Notes: generated by a model from the letters alone, not told the origin. Positions 50,778 to 61,286 are shown, numbered from the stretch's first letter. The stretch: DNA of 64,000 bases from an uncultured Gemmatimonadaceae bacterium (GCA_963790305.1 CAWBOC010000005.1:512001-576000); one strand, 5' to 3'. Translations and numbers: made by a program.

Positions 50778-51197
50778 ATGTCCATCATGCGTGCACTTTT
50801 CGTTATGCTCGCTCTCGCCGCGTCGCTGTCCGCGCGGCCGACCGCGGCACAAGCTTCACCGCCTCGCGACACCACCGTGCGCGACAGCCTCTCGTTCAGC
50901 GTCGGCGAGCTGTACGCGGCCTTTGGGTTGACGATGTCGGAGGACGACGCCTACCGAATGACGAAGTCGCTGACGACGTTCGTAGTTCGCGACAAGGGCG
51001 TGGAGATCCAGAAAACCGATGGGCGGAAGCTGGGGGAGGACATCCTCGTGCTGCTATCGCTCGTGTCGGATTCCACGGCCGCCAAGGTCAGTGCGGTCCG
51101 TCGGGCCGGCAAGGCGTCGGTCAGCGCCGAGGACGAGAAGAAGTGGGAGGAGAAGGTCGCGGCGATGCGGAGGCTCGCGGAGGGCAAGAGTCCTTAG
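50778..51197 (+). CDS. Hypothetical exported protein
   Basis: Signal peptide ending AAQA, helical body. Confidence 0.55.
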   Translation: MSIMRALFVMLALAASLSARPTAAQASPPRDTTVRDSLSFSVGELYAAFGLTMSEDDAYRMTKSLTTFVVRDKGVEIQKTDGRKLGEDILVLLSLVSDSTAAKVSAVRRAGKASVSAEDEKKWEEKVAAMRRLAEGKSP

Positions 51198-51233
51198 AGG
51201 CACAGTGTGATACCGCGACGAGCGCAGACCGCC

Positions 51234-51323
51234 TACCACAGAGGCACAGAGGGCACAGAGGACAGCCAACTGCAACGGCCGTTGCAGTTGGCTGTCCTCT
51301 GTGCCCTCTGTGCCTCTGTGGTA
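51234..51323. repeat. Perfect 90-bp palindrome with CACAGAGG(G) tandem units
   Basis: taccacagaggcacagagggcacagaggacagccaactgcaacgg followed directly by its exact reverse complement. Confidence 0.92.
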
Positions 51324-51344
51324 AGCATTGCGACTCGTGGCGCC

Positions 51345-52067
51345 ATGATCACCGCCCTGCTCGCGCTCTCCTCGGCCTGCCACTCACTCCCTTCACGCCC
51401 CGTGGAACAGCCGGGAACGCGGGTCGTCTCCATGAACCGCCGGCTCGTTCGCGAGGTCGCGGGCCAGTACCAGCTTTTCCTCCCTCGGGATTACGGCTCG
51501 AGCACCGAACGGTGGCCGCTCATCCTCTTCCTGCATGGAGGCGGCGAGCGCGGGGATGACATCGAGAAGGTGAAGGTGCATGGGCCGATCAGGATCGCGG
51601 CGCAGCGGCCGGACTTTCCCTTCATCGTTGTTGCGCCGCAGGTTGCGATCAACATGATCTGGTCGACGACGAGGCTCGATGCACTCCTCGATGACGTGCA
51701 GGAGAACTATCGCGTCGATCCCGATCGCATCTATCTCACCGGGCTCAGCATGGGGGGCTACGGCGCCTGGCACCTGGCGATGGAGTTTCCCCATCGGTTT
51801 GCCGCGCTCGCGGCCATCAGTGGTGGTGCGACGCCCTCAGGGATGTGCGCGTTGAAGCACCTGCCCATTTGGGTGTTCCACGGCGCGAAGGATGACGTCA
51901 TCAAGCCCGATCGCTCGGAGGAGCTCGTCGAGCGCTTGAAGCAATGCAATGGGAACGTGAGATTCACCGTGTATCCCGACGCAGGACACGACGCGTGGAC
52001 GCGTACGTACGAAAACCCGGAGCTCTACGACTGGTTTCTCCAGCATCGACGCCAGCCCGCTCCATGA
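51345..52067 (+). CDS. Lipoprotein esterase/peptidase (alpha/beta hydrolase)
   Basis: Lipobox SSAC, LFLHGGGERG, GLSMGG, HGAKDD, GHDAW. Confidence 0.88.
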   Translation: MITALLALSSACHSLPSRPVEQPGTRVVSMNRRLVREVAGQYQLFLPRDYGSSTERWPLILFLHGGGERGDDIEKVKVHGPIRIAAQRPDFPFIVVAPQVAINMIWSTTRLDALLDDVQENYRVDPDRIYLTGLSMGGYGAWHLAMEFPHRFAALAAISGGATPSGMCALKHLPIWVFHGAKDDVIKPDRSEELVERLKQCNGNVRFTVYPDAGHDAWTRTYENPELYDWFLQHRRQPAP

Positions 52068-53335
52068 GCGTCTGGCGCGTGCCGTTGTTGGCGTGTGCCC
52101 TGATCGTCGTTGGATCCTGTCAAAGAGCGACGGTCGCGACCGGCGACGTCGCACCGGCGGAGACGTGGTGGCGCGGCAACACGCACACGCACACGCTCTG
52201 GTCGGACGGCGATGACTTCCCGGAAGGCGTCGCCGACTGGTACAAGCGCAACGGCTATCACTTTCTTGCCATCACCGACCACAACACGCTCGCCGCGGCC
52301 GAGCGTTGGCTCCCTATCCCACCCGCCGGACCTGCACGCGAGGCATACACGAAGTATCGCGAGCGATCCGGCTCGAGCTGGGTGGAAGAACGCCGATCGG
52401 GTGACACCCTCCTTGTGCGCCTGAAGCGGTTTCCCGAGTACCGTGCGCGCGTCGAGGAGAGCGGCCGCTTCATTCTTGTCCCCGGCGAGGAGATCACCCA
52501 GTATCTCGGGGGGAAGGGTGCGCACATGAACGCGCTCAACCTCGCCGAGCCGGTCTCGGAGCAAAAGGGCGCTTCACTCCTGGAGATGTTTCGGAAGGAC
52601 CTCGACTCGCTGCGCGCGCAGGAAGCGCGCACGCGACGGGAGATCGTCGCGGTGCTCAATCATCCGAACTTTCTCTGGAGTCAAACGGCCGAGGATCTGA
52701 TCGCGCTTCCCGACCTCCGGTTCTTCGAGGTGTACAACGGCCATCCGCTCGTCAACATCCTCGGCGATTCCTTGCGACCGGGGAATGAGCGCATCTGGGA
52801 CATCGTGCTGACCCGACGCCTGACGAGCGGCGGCGCCATGCTCTACGGCGTCGCTACCGATGACGCGCACGATTACCACCAGTTCGCCCCGCGTCAGCGC
52901 AATCCGGGACGGGGGTGGATCATGGTGCGGTCCTCGAGGCTCGCCAGCGATTCACTGATGCGGGCCCTGAAGCGTGGGGAATTCTACGCGAGCACTGGCG
53001 TGGCCCTTTCGGAACTGCGGCGTGAAGGCCAACGTCTCACGCTCGCCATCAAAGGCCAGCCCGGCGTGAGCTACACGACACAGTTCATCGGGACGCGCCG
53101 AGGCTATGACACCGCCAGCGTGGCCATGCACGACTCCGCCGGCGCGGTCCTCACACGGCGCTATGGCAACGATGTCGGCGCGGTGCTCAGCGCGGTACGC
53201 GGAACAACGGCGAGCTACACACTGCGCGGCGACGAGATCTACGTCCGGGCGAGGATCGTGTCCACGCAGCCAAAAGCGAATCCCTCCTACGACGGAGAGG
53301 TTGAGATGGCCTGGACGCAGCCGGTACAGCCATGA
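52064..53335 (+). CDS. PHP-domain metallo-hydrolase lipoprotein
   Basis: GNTHTHTLWSDG, ITDHN, NHP, EVYNG, TDDAH. Confidence 0.85.
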   Translation: MSVWRVPLLACALIVVGSCQRATVATGDVAPAETWWRGNTHTHTLWSDGDDFPEGVADWYKRNGYHFLAITDHNTLAAAERWLPIPPAGPAREAYTKYRERSGSSWVEERRSGDTLLVRLKRFPEYRARVEESGRFILVPGEEITQYLGGKGAHMNALNLAEPVSEQKGASLLEMFRKDLDSLRAQEARTRREIVAVLNHPNFLWSQTAEDLIALPDLRFFEVYNGHPLVNILGDSLRPGNERIWDIVLTRRLTSGGAMLYGVATDDAHDYHQFAPRQRNPGRGWIMVRSSRLASDSLMRALKRGEFYASTGVALSELRREGQRLTLAIKGQPGVSYTTQFIGTRRGYDTASVAMHDSAGAVLTRRYGNDVGAVLSAVRGTTASYTLRGDEIYVRARIVSTQPKANPSYDGEVEMAWTQPVQP

Positions 53336-55992
53336 AGGCCGGGCTGCTCGCGATCGCGTACACCTGTGCGGGTGTCGCAGTCGCGCAGGAAGGCGACACG
53401 ACGTTCATCATCACCGACACATCCGTGGTGCAGGGTGCGTTCAGCGCCGTCGCCGTCACACGCGACCGGATCGAGACCAACTATCCGCGCGCGCCGCGGG
53501 AAGTGATGTTCAAGTTCAGCATCAACGGTCAGGACAACGAGTTCCCGCCCGGCACGGACCACATGATCTACGTCCGTCCGCGTGCGGGAAAGATCACGAC
53601 GCCCATCTATCAGTTCGGTCGCGTCGATGCACCTCGGACGCCGAAGCCGGAAGATGCTCCTCCGAGCGAGGAAAGCACGGCACAGGTGACGTTTCGCCTC
53701 GACATGCGCCCGGTGCTCGCGAGCTTCCGTGGTCGCGGAACCTATGATCCGCCGAACGGCGCCCCCATTCGCAGGCGTGATTTCAAGGGCGTCTACATCG
53801 TCGGCAACGCCGAGCCGCTGACCTGGGACTTCTCGGTGCTCGAGCCGGGATCACAGTTCGAGCTCACCGACCCCAATCGCGACGGGATCTACACCGTCAC
53901 GCTGCCCTTCGAGACGATCTACACGAGGCCGGCCGACGACAGCGGACGCGCAGTCTGGGTGCGGAAGCGCGACATCGCGCGCTTCCCCGAGCTCGTGTCC
54001 TCGCAGCGGCTGGTCGACGCGCTGTACCGACTGTCGCTGGAGGAGCTCGTCGAGCTGCGTCGCGACGATGGCGCGCTCATGGGTGGTGCCAAGTGGGAGG
54101 GCATTTGGACGCGCGACGTGTCGTGGGGCGCCATGCTCGCCTTTGCGGCCATCGCGCCTGACGAGGTGCGACGGAGTCTCCTGGTGAAGGTCGACTCGAC
54201 CGGCCGCATCATCCAGGACACCGGAACCGGCGGCTCGTGGCCGGTGTCGACCGACCGAATGGCGTGGGCGCTCGCGGCGTGGGAGCTCTACGCCGTCACC
54301 GGCGACCGCGACTGGCTGCGACAGTGCTACGACATCATCCGCCGCTCGGCCGAAGCCGATCTCGCCGTCGCGTTCAACGGTACGACGGGACTTTTTCGGG
54401 GGGAGTCATCGTTCCTCGACTGGCGCGAGCAGAGCTATCCCGCGTGGATGGATCCGCGAGATATCTACCAATCCGAGAATCTCGGCACCAACGCCCTGCA
54501 CTACGCGGCGTATCGCGTCCTCAGCCGCATGGCGAGCGCGTTAGGCGAGTCGCCGCTCCGGTGGGATTCGGTAGCGGGCCGCGTCCGTCAGGGGATGAAC
54601 ACGCACCTGTGGCTGTCGGAGAATGGCTATTACGGGCAGTTCCGATATGGACGCGTGCACCAGTCACTTTCCCCGCGGGCGGAAGGGCTCGGTGAGGCAC
54701 TCGCGATCATCTATGGCGTCGCAGCAGACGAGCAGCGCGACGTCCTCACTCGGCGCGCGCCGGTGGTGCCTTTTGGCGTGCCGAGCTTCTGGCCATACAT
54801 CGGCGATCAGCCGGCATATCACAATGCGGGAATCTGGCCGCAGGTGGTTGGATTCTGGACCTGGGCGGCGGCTGAGGCGGGCAATGCCGCGGCAGTGGAG
54901 CACGGGCTTGGGTCGATCTACCGGGCCGCGGCGCTCTTTCTCACCAACAAGGAGAACATGGTGGCCGCGACGGGCCACTTCGAGGGCACCGAGCTCAACT
55001 CCGACCGGCTCATCGGAAGTGTCGGCGCGAACCTGGCGACGGTATTCCGTGTGCTGTTCGGGATGCGGTTCGAGTACGATCGCCTCGTGTTTCGGCCCTT
55101 CGTTCCGCGTGCGTACGATGGTGAGCGTACGCTGCGCAACCTGCGATATCGCGGCGCGACGCTGACGATCACGGTACGTGGATTCGGCAACGCGGTGGCA
55201 AGCGCGACCCTCGATGGCCGGGCCTTGCCGAATCCGGAGATTCCGGCGGGCCTAACGGGCGCACACACGATCGAGCTGACGATGAATGGCGAGGTCGGGC
55301 CGTCCACCATCAACATCGTGGAGAACCGGGCTGCGCCGGCGACACCGCTCGTCGCGCTGCGCGCGGGGCGGCTCGTGTGGCGGCCCGTCCCTCGCGCAGT
55401 GAGCTACCTGATTTACCAAAATGGACGTCGCAGCTCGGCGACGACCTCGGCGCAGGCGCGCGTGGATCAGGGGAGCGGGCTCGCCGAGTATCAGGTCATG
55501 GCGGTCGACGCGAATGGGGTCGGGTCGTTTCTCAGCGAGCCGATACGCGTGGTGCCGCCGGATGCCGTGATTCTGGCTGAGCCACCGGGAAGTAACATCG
55601 ACACGGCCCACGCGGACGCTGATGGTGATGGATCCATCGAGCTGGCGGTGGGCGCGAACACTGAGGTGCAGTTCACCATCGACGTTCCCGTCGCCGGCGT
55701 GTACGCGATCGACGCGCGCTACGCGAACGGAAGCGGGCCGATCAATACCGGGGACAAGACGGCGATCCGGTCGCTGCTCGTCGACGGGACACGCGTCGGA
55801 TCACTCGTCCTGCCGCATCGGGGCGTCGACCTGTGGACGGACTGGGGCTATAGCAGCGTGCTGACGACGTGGCTCGCTGCCGGGTCGCACACCCTGACGC
55901 TTGCGTACACGCCTGTCGACCGGAACATGAATGGTGCGGTCAACACGGCACTGCTCGATCACGTGCGCCTGACGAGACTGGCCGAGCGATAG
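53332..55992 (+). CDS. Exported (alpha/alpha)6-barrel glycoside hydrolase with accessory carbohydrate-binding modules
   Basis: WTRDVS, QDTGTGGSWP, GESSFLDWREQSYP, YHNAGIWP; C-terminal YANG/WGYS CBM-like region. Confidence 0.7.
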   Translation: MKAGLLAIAYTCAGVAVAQEGDTTFIITDTSVVQGAFSAVAVTRDRIETNYPRAPREVMFKFSINGQDNEFPPGTDHMIYVRPRAGKITTPIYQFGRVDAPRTPKPEDAPPSEESTAQVTFRLDMRPVLASFRGRGTYDPPNGAPIRRRDFKGVYIVGNAEPLTWDFSVLEPGSQFELTDPNRDGIYTVTLPFETIYTRPADDSGRAVWVRKRDIARFPELVSSQRLVDALYRLSLEELVELRRDDGALMGGAKWEGIWTRDVSWGAMLAFAAIAPDEVRRSLLVKVDSTGRIIQDTGTGGSWPVSTDRMAWALAAWELYAVTGDRDWLRQCYDIIRRSAEADLAVAFNGTTGLFRGESSFLDWREQSYPAWMDPRDIYQSENLGTNALHYAAYRVLSRMASALGESPLRWDSVAGRVRQGMNTHLWLSENGYYGQFRYGRVHQSLSPRAEGLGEALAIIYGVAADEQRDVLTRRAPVVPFGVPSFWPYIGDQPAYHNAGIWPQVVGFWTWAAAEAGNAAAVEHGLGSIYRAAALFLTNKENMVAATGHFEGTELNSDRLIGSVGANLATVFRVLFGMRFEYDRLVFRPFVPRAYDGERTLRNLRYRGATLTITVRGFGNAVASATLDGRALPNPEIPAGLTGAHTIELTMNGEVGPSTINIVENRAAPATPLVALRAGRLVWRPVPRAVSYLIYQNGRRSSATTSAQARVDQGSGLAEYQVMAVDANGVGSFLSEPIRVVPPDAVILAEPPGSNIDTAHADADGDGSIELAVGANTEVQFTIDVPVAGVYAIDARYANGSGPINTGDKTAIRSLLVDGTRVGSLVLPHRGVDLWTDWGYSSVLTTWLAAGSHTLTLAYTPVDRNMNGAVNTALLDHVRLTRLAER

Positions 55993-56010
55993 CTCGGCCA
56001 CCGCAGGGTG

Positions 56011-56421
56011 CTACGGCCGTCGCGGCGAATCGGCCGCGACCGCTGGCGCGGACACCGGCCCGCCACCTCGCAACGCAGCGACGAGGCCCATCGAGAAGAG
56101 CCCGATCTGGACGTAGCCCCGCGGCTCGCGCCAATCGTTGAGCATCTCGTACGCGAAGGCGATCACCAGACCGGCGACATTGGCCGCGGCGGCGACCCAC
56201 CGCTCCATGGATCCTGCCGGCGCGCCGCGCGCGAGCAGCGTGACGGCGCCGATGAGCATGATCGCGACGCCAGTGCCGGCGAACCAGAGCGCAGTGAGCC
56301 TGAAGACGGGCCGGTACGCGAGAAACGTGATGCCGAGGTGCAGCGCGCCCATCGCGAGAGAGAGGAACCCCGCGATGGTGAGCGCGCGGTGCCCGGTGTA
56401 CAGACCGCTCCTCGTTTGCAC
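56011..56421 (-). CDS. Small four-TM membrane protein
   Basis: Four hydrophobic segments; SD gaggagg. Confidence 0.6.
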   Translation of the reverse strand: MQTRSGLYTGHRALTIAGFLSLAMGALHLGITFLAYRPVFRLTALWFAGTGVAIMLIGAVTLLARGAPAGSMERWVAAAANVAGLVIAFAYEMLNDWREPRGYVQIGLFSMGLVAALRGGGPVSAPAVAADSPRRP

Positions 56422-56605
56422 GACCTCCTCCTCCCGTTGTTTGTGGCTGAGAACATACGCGTCTGGACGCGATCGGCCAGGAGTGAGGGTCGGGCGCCTC
56501 CTTGTGCGAGGGCTCCGCTACGCGAACATTCGAGTTCGGGACGGTGAGGGAGTCCCAAGGGGGGTGGCCATGTTTGCCACGGCGTGAATCGCCAAGGAGG
56601 TCTCA

Positions 56606-57478
56606 ATGTCGCTCGCCGGAAGGAATGCCCTGATCACTGGCAGCTCGCGGGGCATAGGTCGCGGCATCGCGCTGAAGCTCGCGGAACGCGGTGCACACGT
56701 TGGAATCACCTACTACCAGAACGAGGAGTCGGCGAAAGACGTGCTGAAGAAGGTGCGGGATATCGGCTCCGATGGGTTCGTCACGCAAGTGGACGTATGC
56801 GACACCGACGCGATCGACCGCCTCTTCCAGCGCACGAGATCGGAGTTCGGGACGCTCGACATTCTCGTCAGCAATGCGCGCAGCGAGATCCCAACGTTCT
56901 ACGAGGCTCCACTCGACCTCGCCAGTGAGAAGTGGGACACGGCGTGCAACTCGCAAGGCAAGGCATTTCTGCTCGAGGTTCAGAAGGCGTCGAAGATCAT
57001 GGGGACGGGCGGCCGAATCATTGCGGTCACCTATGCCGACGGCAGCCGCACGGGGAGCTGGCTTCCGTGGGTCGCGATGGGATCGGCGAAGGCGGCCATG
57101 GAATCGCTCGTCCGCTACTTCGGGGTCGCCCTCGCGAGGCGTGGAATCACCGTGAATGCCGTGAGTCCCGGCTTCACGGAAGACAGCGTGCTGAACTCGT
57201 TACCGGAAGCCGCGCAGGAGATGGTTCGTGAGTGGCACGGACAGGGGTGGACCCCGATGGGGCGGTTAGGCACACCCGCAGATATCGGAAACGTCGTGGC
57301 CTTGCTGTGCTCTGAGGAAGCAGGCTGGATTACCGGCCAGACCGTATACGCCGATGGCGGCGCATCATTGGTGAGTGGTGGACTGCCGCCGGCTATTCAG
57401 GGGTGGGAGGCACCGGCGCCGCGGGAAGAGCGTGCGGTGGCGACGCCGGCGGCGACCGAGGCGCAAATGGCGACATAG
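56606..57478 (+). CDS. SDR oxidoreductase, FabL-like enoyl-ACP reductase
   Basis: TGSSRGIG, VSNA, MGSAKAA, NAVSPG, WITGQ. Confidence 0.8.
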   Translation: MSLAGRNALITGSSRGIGRGIALKLAERGAHVGITYYQNEESAKDVLKKVRDIGSDGFVTQVDVCDTDAIDRLFQRTRSEFGTLDILVSNARSEIPTFYEAPLDLASEKWDTACNSQGKAFLLEVQKASKIMGTGGRIIAVTYADGSRTGSWLPWVAMGSAKAAMESLVRYFGVALARRGITVNAVSPGFTEDSVLNSLPEAAQEMVREWHGQGWTPMGRLGTPADIGNVVALLCSEEAGWITGQTVYADGGASLVSGGLPPAIQGWEAPAPREERAVATPAATEAQMAT

Positions 57479-57590
57479 CCGGATTGCGGATTGCGGATTG
57501 CTGATTGCGGATTGCACAGGGGGCAGCCCTCGCGACGCTGAAGGCTGCCCCTCGGTATATTTCGGCTTCCGCAATCAGCAATCCGCAATC
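57479..57590. repeat. Tandem-inverted heptamer repeat (GCGGATT/GCTGATT) with internal hairpin
   Basis: ggattgcggattgcggattgctgattgcggattgc ... ggggcagcc/ggctgcccc ... ccgcaatcagcaatccgcaatc. Confidence 0.85.
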
Positions 57591-57598
57591 GACTCTCC

Positions 57599-59276
57599 AT
57601 GCCTCCCCAGTTCATCTACGTCATGAAGGCCCTGCGCAAGGTGGTCCCACCTTCGCGCGTGATCCTCGACGACATTCGGCTCTCCTTTTACCCCGGCGCC
57701 AAGATCGGCGTCCTCGGCCCCAACGGCGCCGGAAAGTCATCGCTGCTCCGCATCATGGCGGGCATCGACCAGGACATTCAGGGCGAAGCGTGGGCCGCCA
57801 AGGGCACGAAGATCGGCTACCTCTCGCAGCAGCCCGAGCTCGACACATCGAAGGATGTCCGCGGCAACGTCGAAGAGGCGCTCAAGGACCAGCGCAAAGC
57901 CCTCGAGCGCTTCAACGACATCGCGATGAAGTTCGCCGAGCCGATGGACGACGACGCGATGAACAAGCTGCTCGACGAGCAGGGTCGCCTTCAGGAGTAC
58001 ATTGACGCGCACGACCTCTGGAATCTCGACAACAAGATCGAGGTCGCGATGGATGCGCTGCGCCTTCCTCCGGCCGATGCCGACGTGAAGAAGCTCAGCG
58101 GGGGAGAGAAGCGCCGCGTCGCCCTGTGCCGCGTGCTCCTCGAGGAGCCCGATCTGCTGTTGCTCGACGAGCCGACGAACCACCTCGACGCCGAGAGCGT
58201 CGCGTGGCTCGAGAAGCATCTCGAGCAGTTTCCGGGGACGGTCGTGGCGATCACGCACGACCGCTACTTCCTCGACAACGTCGCGAAGTGGATCCTCGAG
58301 CTCGACCGGGGGCGCGGAATCCCGTACGAAGGGAACTACTCCTCGTGGCTGGATCAGAAGCGCACGCGGCTCGCGCAGGAAGAGAAATCCGTCAGCGCTC
58401 GGCAGCGCACCCTCGAGCGCGAGCTGGAGTGGGTGCGTCTCGCGCCGCGGGCTCGTCAGGCGAAGTCGAAAGCGCGTATTCAGAAGTACGAGGAGCTGGC
58501 AAGTGAGACGCAGCTCGAGCGCATCGCGCAGAACGAGATCGTGATCCCGCCCGCCCCACGGTTGGGGAATGACGTGGTGATCGCGAACGATCTGCGCAAG
58601 GCGTACGGAGACAATCTTCTCTTCGAGGGGTTGTCCTTTTCATTGCCGCGCGGCGGCATCGTCGGCGTCATCGGACCGAACGGAGCGGGGAAGACGACAC
58701 TCTTTCGCATGATCGACGGCACGGAGAAGCCCGATGCCGGCTCGCTCAAGGTCGGCGAGACGGTGCAGCTCGCCTACGCGGACCAGTCGCGCACGCTCGA
58801 CGGCAAGAAAACCGTGTGGGACGAGATCTCCGGCGGCCTGGAGCAGATCATGGTCGGCAAGAAGGAGATCAATTCGCGCGCGTATCTCGCCAGCTTCAAC
58901 TTTCGAGGGGCCGATCAGCAGAAACGCGTCGGCGACCTTGCCGGTGGCGAGCGCAACCGCCTGCATTTGGCGAAGACGCTGATGGCGGGCGGCAACCTGC
59001 TGCTGCTCGACGAGCCCACCAACGATCTCGATGTGGACACGCTGCGCGCGCTCGAGGACGCGCTGGTCGATTTCGCAGGATGCGCGGTCGTCATCTCCCA
59101 CGATCGCTGGTTCCTCGACCGCATCGCGACGCAATATTCTCGCGTTCGAGGGAAATTCCGAGGTGGTGTGGTTCGAGGGAAACTACGAGGCGTACAAGGA
59201 GGATCTGCGCAGGCGGAAGGGGATCGACGCCGACCAGCCGCACCGCGTGGCGTACAGGAAGCTGGTGCGCGCGTAG
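57599..59276 (+). CDS. ettA: Energy-dependent translational throttle ABC-F protein (frameshift near 59133)
   Basis: [20 protein letters not shown], two ABC domains, [10 protein letters not shown] linker; C-terminal HILAFEG..WFEGNY in second frame. Confidence 0.93.
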
Positions 59277-59410
59277 GCGACGGGATGGGATCACTAGACC
59301 TTCGAGGGCGTATTACATCCCACTGAGCCGGCCCCGTGAGCGCGATGTGGGCGTCGAGGTCGCCCCCGCCGTGTAGCTGTTGCCAACTTGCTTCACTGGA
59401 CTAGGACTGT

Positions 59411-60109
59411 ATGCTGGACGTTCTACTCGAGTCATCCACGGCACCGCCGCGGCCGAACCCGGCCACTGTGTTCAGCGTCGTCGTCCATACGGCGCTGATT
59501 GTGTTCTTCGTCGTCGGTCGCGAAAAACTTCGGCCTGAGGCGTATAGCGGCGAGAGCGAGAATGTGCGTTATCTCATTCCCCTCGACCGTGTAAAGGCCC
59601 CGCCGCCGCTCGCGGTGCGAGTCCACTGGCATGGCGCCGGCCTTGTCGGGGAGAGCGCTGGATTCGACCTGGGGGTGACAGAGGCCGACGCCCTAGCGGG
59701 TCCGCCTGTGTCGGGACGGAAGAGGGCAGCCCACGCGGCAACCCTGCCGGAGGCTCAAGACTTCGTGTACGACACTGTCGCCACCGCGATCGACGTCGAC
59801 TCGGTCGCCCGTGTCATTGAAAGTGCGGCCCCCGCGTATCCCCCGACTCTGTTGGCCAGGAACATCGAGGGCAGAGCTCTCGTGCAGTTCGTTGTCGACA
59901 CGCTGGGACGGGTCGATACCGTGTCATTCGCGGTGATCGAGACCACGCACGCTGAGTTTGCCGAGGCTGTTCGCGCGGTCGCTCCGGCCATGCGCTTCAC
60001 GCCGGCCATCATGGCGTCGCACAAGGTAAAGCAGCTCGTGCGCCAGCCGTTCGTGTTCAGGATTCTGCCGCCGCCCCAGACCGCTGCGAAGCCGGATTCG
60101 GTGTCCTGA
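59411..60109 (+). CDS. TonB-family energy transducer
   Basis: TM helix with S..VH, PAYP, IEGRALVQFVVDTLGRV, FTPA. Confidence 0.8.
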   Translation: MLDVLLESSTAPPRPNPATVFSVVVHTALIVFFVVGREKLRPEAYSGESENVRYLIPLDRVKAPPPLAVRVHWHGAGLVGESAGFDLGVTEADALAGPPVSGRKRAAHAATLPEAQDFVYDTVATAIDVDSVARVIESAAPAYPPTLLARNIEGRALVQFVVDTLGRVDTVSFAVIETTHAEFAEAVRAVAPAMRFTPAIMASHKVKQLVRQPFVFRILPPPQTAAKPDSVS

Positions 60110-60305
60110 AACCCGCCAGCGATCCCAGGGTCGGGACGTTCAGCCTGGGCATATGTGAGTAAAGAGAGGGGAGCGTACCTGGCGCAACTGTCGGGACTCA
60201 CGCTGCCATCTCCAAGTCCGCACCATAACCCAGCGCGACAAGACGGCCCCGCGGCAAGCAGGGCTCTCCACGAGCGCTCCATCTGCTCCATCTCCGCCGA
60301 GGCGC

Positions 60306-61286
60306 CTAACGTCGTTTGCGCATCTCGCCGGTGGTCGATGCGCCGCGGCCGCGCGACGGACGGCGGCCCTCCCGCTCGCGGCGCAGGTGGTCGATGAGCG
60401 CGCGGAGCGCCGGCGTGGCTTGGCGCCGCTCTGGGTAGAACAGGTAGTAGCCGGGAAAAGGCGCACAATACTTCTCCAGCACTGGTACCAGCGTGCCGCG
60501 CGCCACGTCGTCGCGTACCATGTCCTCGTATACGATGGTCAGGCCGAGTCCCGTGCGTGCCAGACCGAGGTTGACGCGGGAGTCCGTCGACAGGACGCGC
60601 CCCGGCACGGCGACCACGATCTCGGGCCCGCCCCCGATGCGGCCGTCCGTTCCCGGCTCCGTAAACTCCCAACGGTATCCCGGCGCATCCGCGGTCCGGT
60701 GCCAATTGAGGCACTCGTGCCTGACGAGGTCGCGCGGATGGCGCGGCTTGGGATGCCGCGCGAAATAGGCTGGCGCACCCACGACGGTCATCCGGATGTC
60801 GCCAGTGACGGGCACCGCGATCATGTCCCGGTCGATCACTTCGCCAAGCTGGATGCCGGCGTCATGCCCGAGCGCCACGACGTCGACGACCGCGTCGCTC
60901 ACCACGAGGTCGAGCTTCACTTCGGTGTAGGAGGTGAGGAAGCTGGCGAAGAGTGGTCCGGCGAAAACCGGGTCCACGTCCGGCCCAACGAGCAAGCGCA
61001 GCGTCCCCCGCGGCGCATCTCCCAGCTCACCGGCCGCTGCAACAGCCGACTCCACCTCGGCGAGTGCAGGGCGAACCGCAGCATAGAGCCGCTGGCCCGC
61101 CTCCGAAAGGCTCACACTTCGCGTGGTGCGGTGCACGAGCGGAACGCCTACACGGTCCTCCAACTTGCGAAGCGCTTGGCTCACCGCCGACGCTGTCACC
61201 CCGAGTCGTTCTCCGGCCACGCGGAAATTCCGCGATTCCGCCACTGCGGCGAACACCACCATGCCGTCGAGCGCGTCCGGCGTCAT
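60306..61286 (-). CDS. LysR-family transcriptional regulator
   Basis: N-terminal HTH (FRVAGERLGVTASAVSQ..LVHRTTRSVSL), CrgA-like substrate domain. Confidence 0.93.
   Translation of the reverse strand: MTPDALDGMVVFAAVAESRNFRVAGERLGVTASAVSQALRKLEDRVGVPLVHRTTRSVSLSEAGQRLYAAVRPALAEVESAVAAAGELGDAPRGTLRLLVGPDVDPVFAGPLFASFLTSYTEVKLDLVVSDAVVDVVALGHDAGIQLGEVIDRDMIAVPVTGDIRMTVVGAPAYFARHPKPRHPRDLVRHECLNWHRTADAPGYRWEFTEPGTDGRIGGGPEIVVAVPGRVLSTDSRVNLGLARTGLGLTIVYEDMVRDDVARGTLVPVLEKYCAPFPGYYLFYPERRQATPALRALIDHLRREREGRRPSRGRGASTTGEMRKRR

Noticed and set aside
59100..59326. Programmed frameshift in ettA and the other split genes
   Set aside because: No slippery sequence or shared context; a single extra base explains each case
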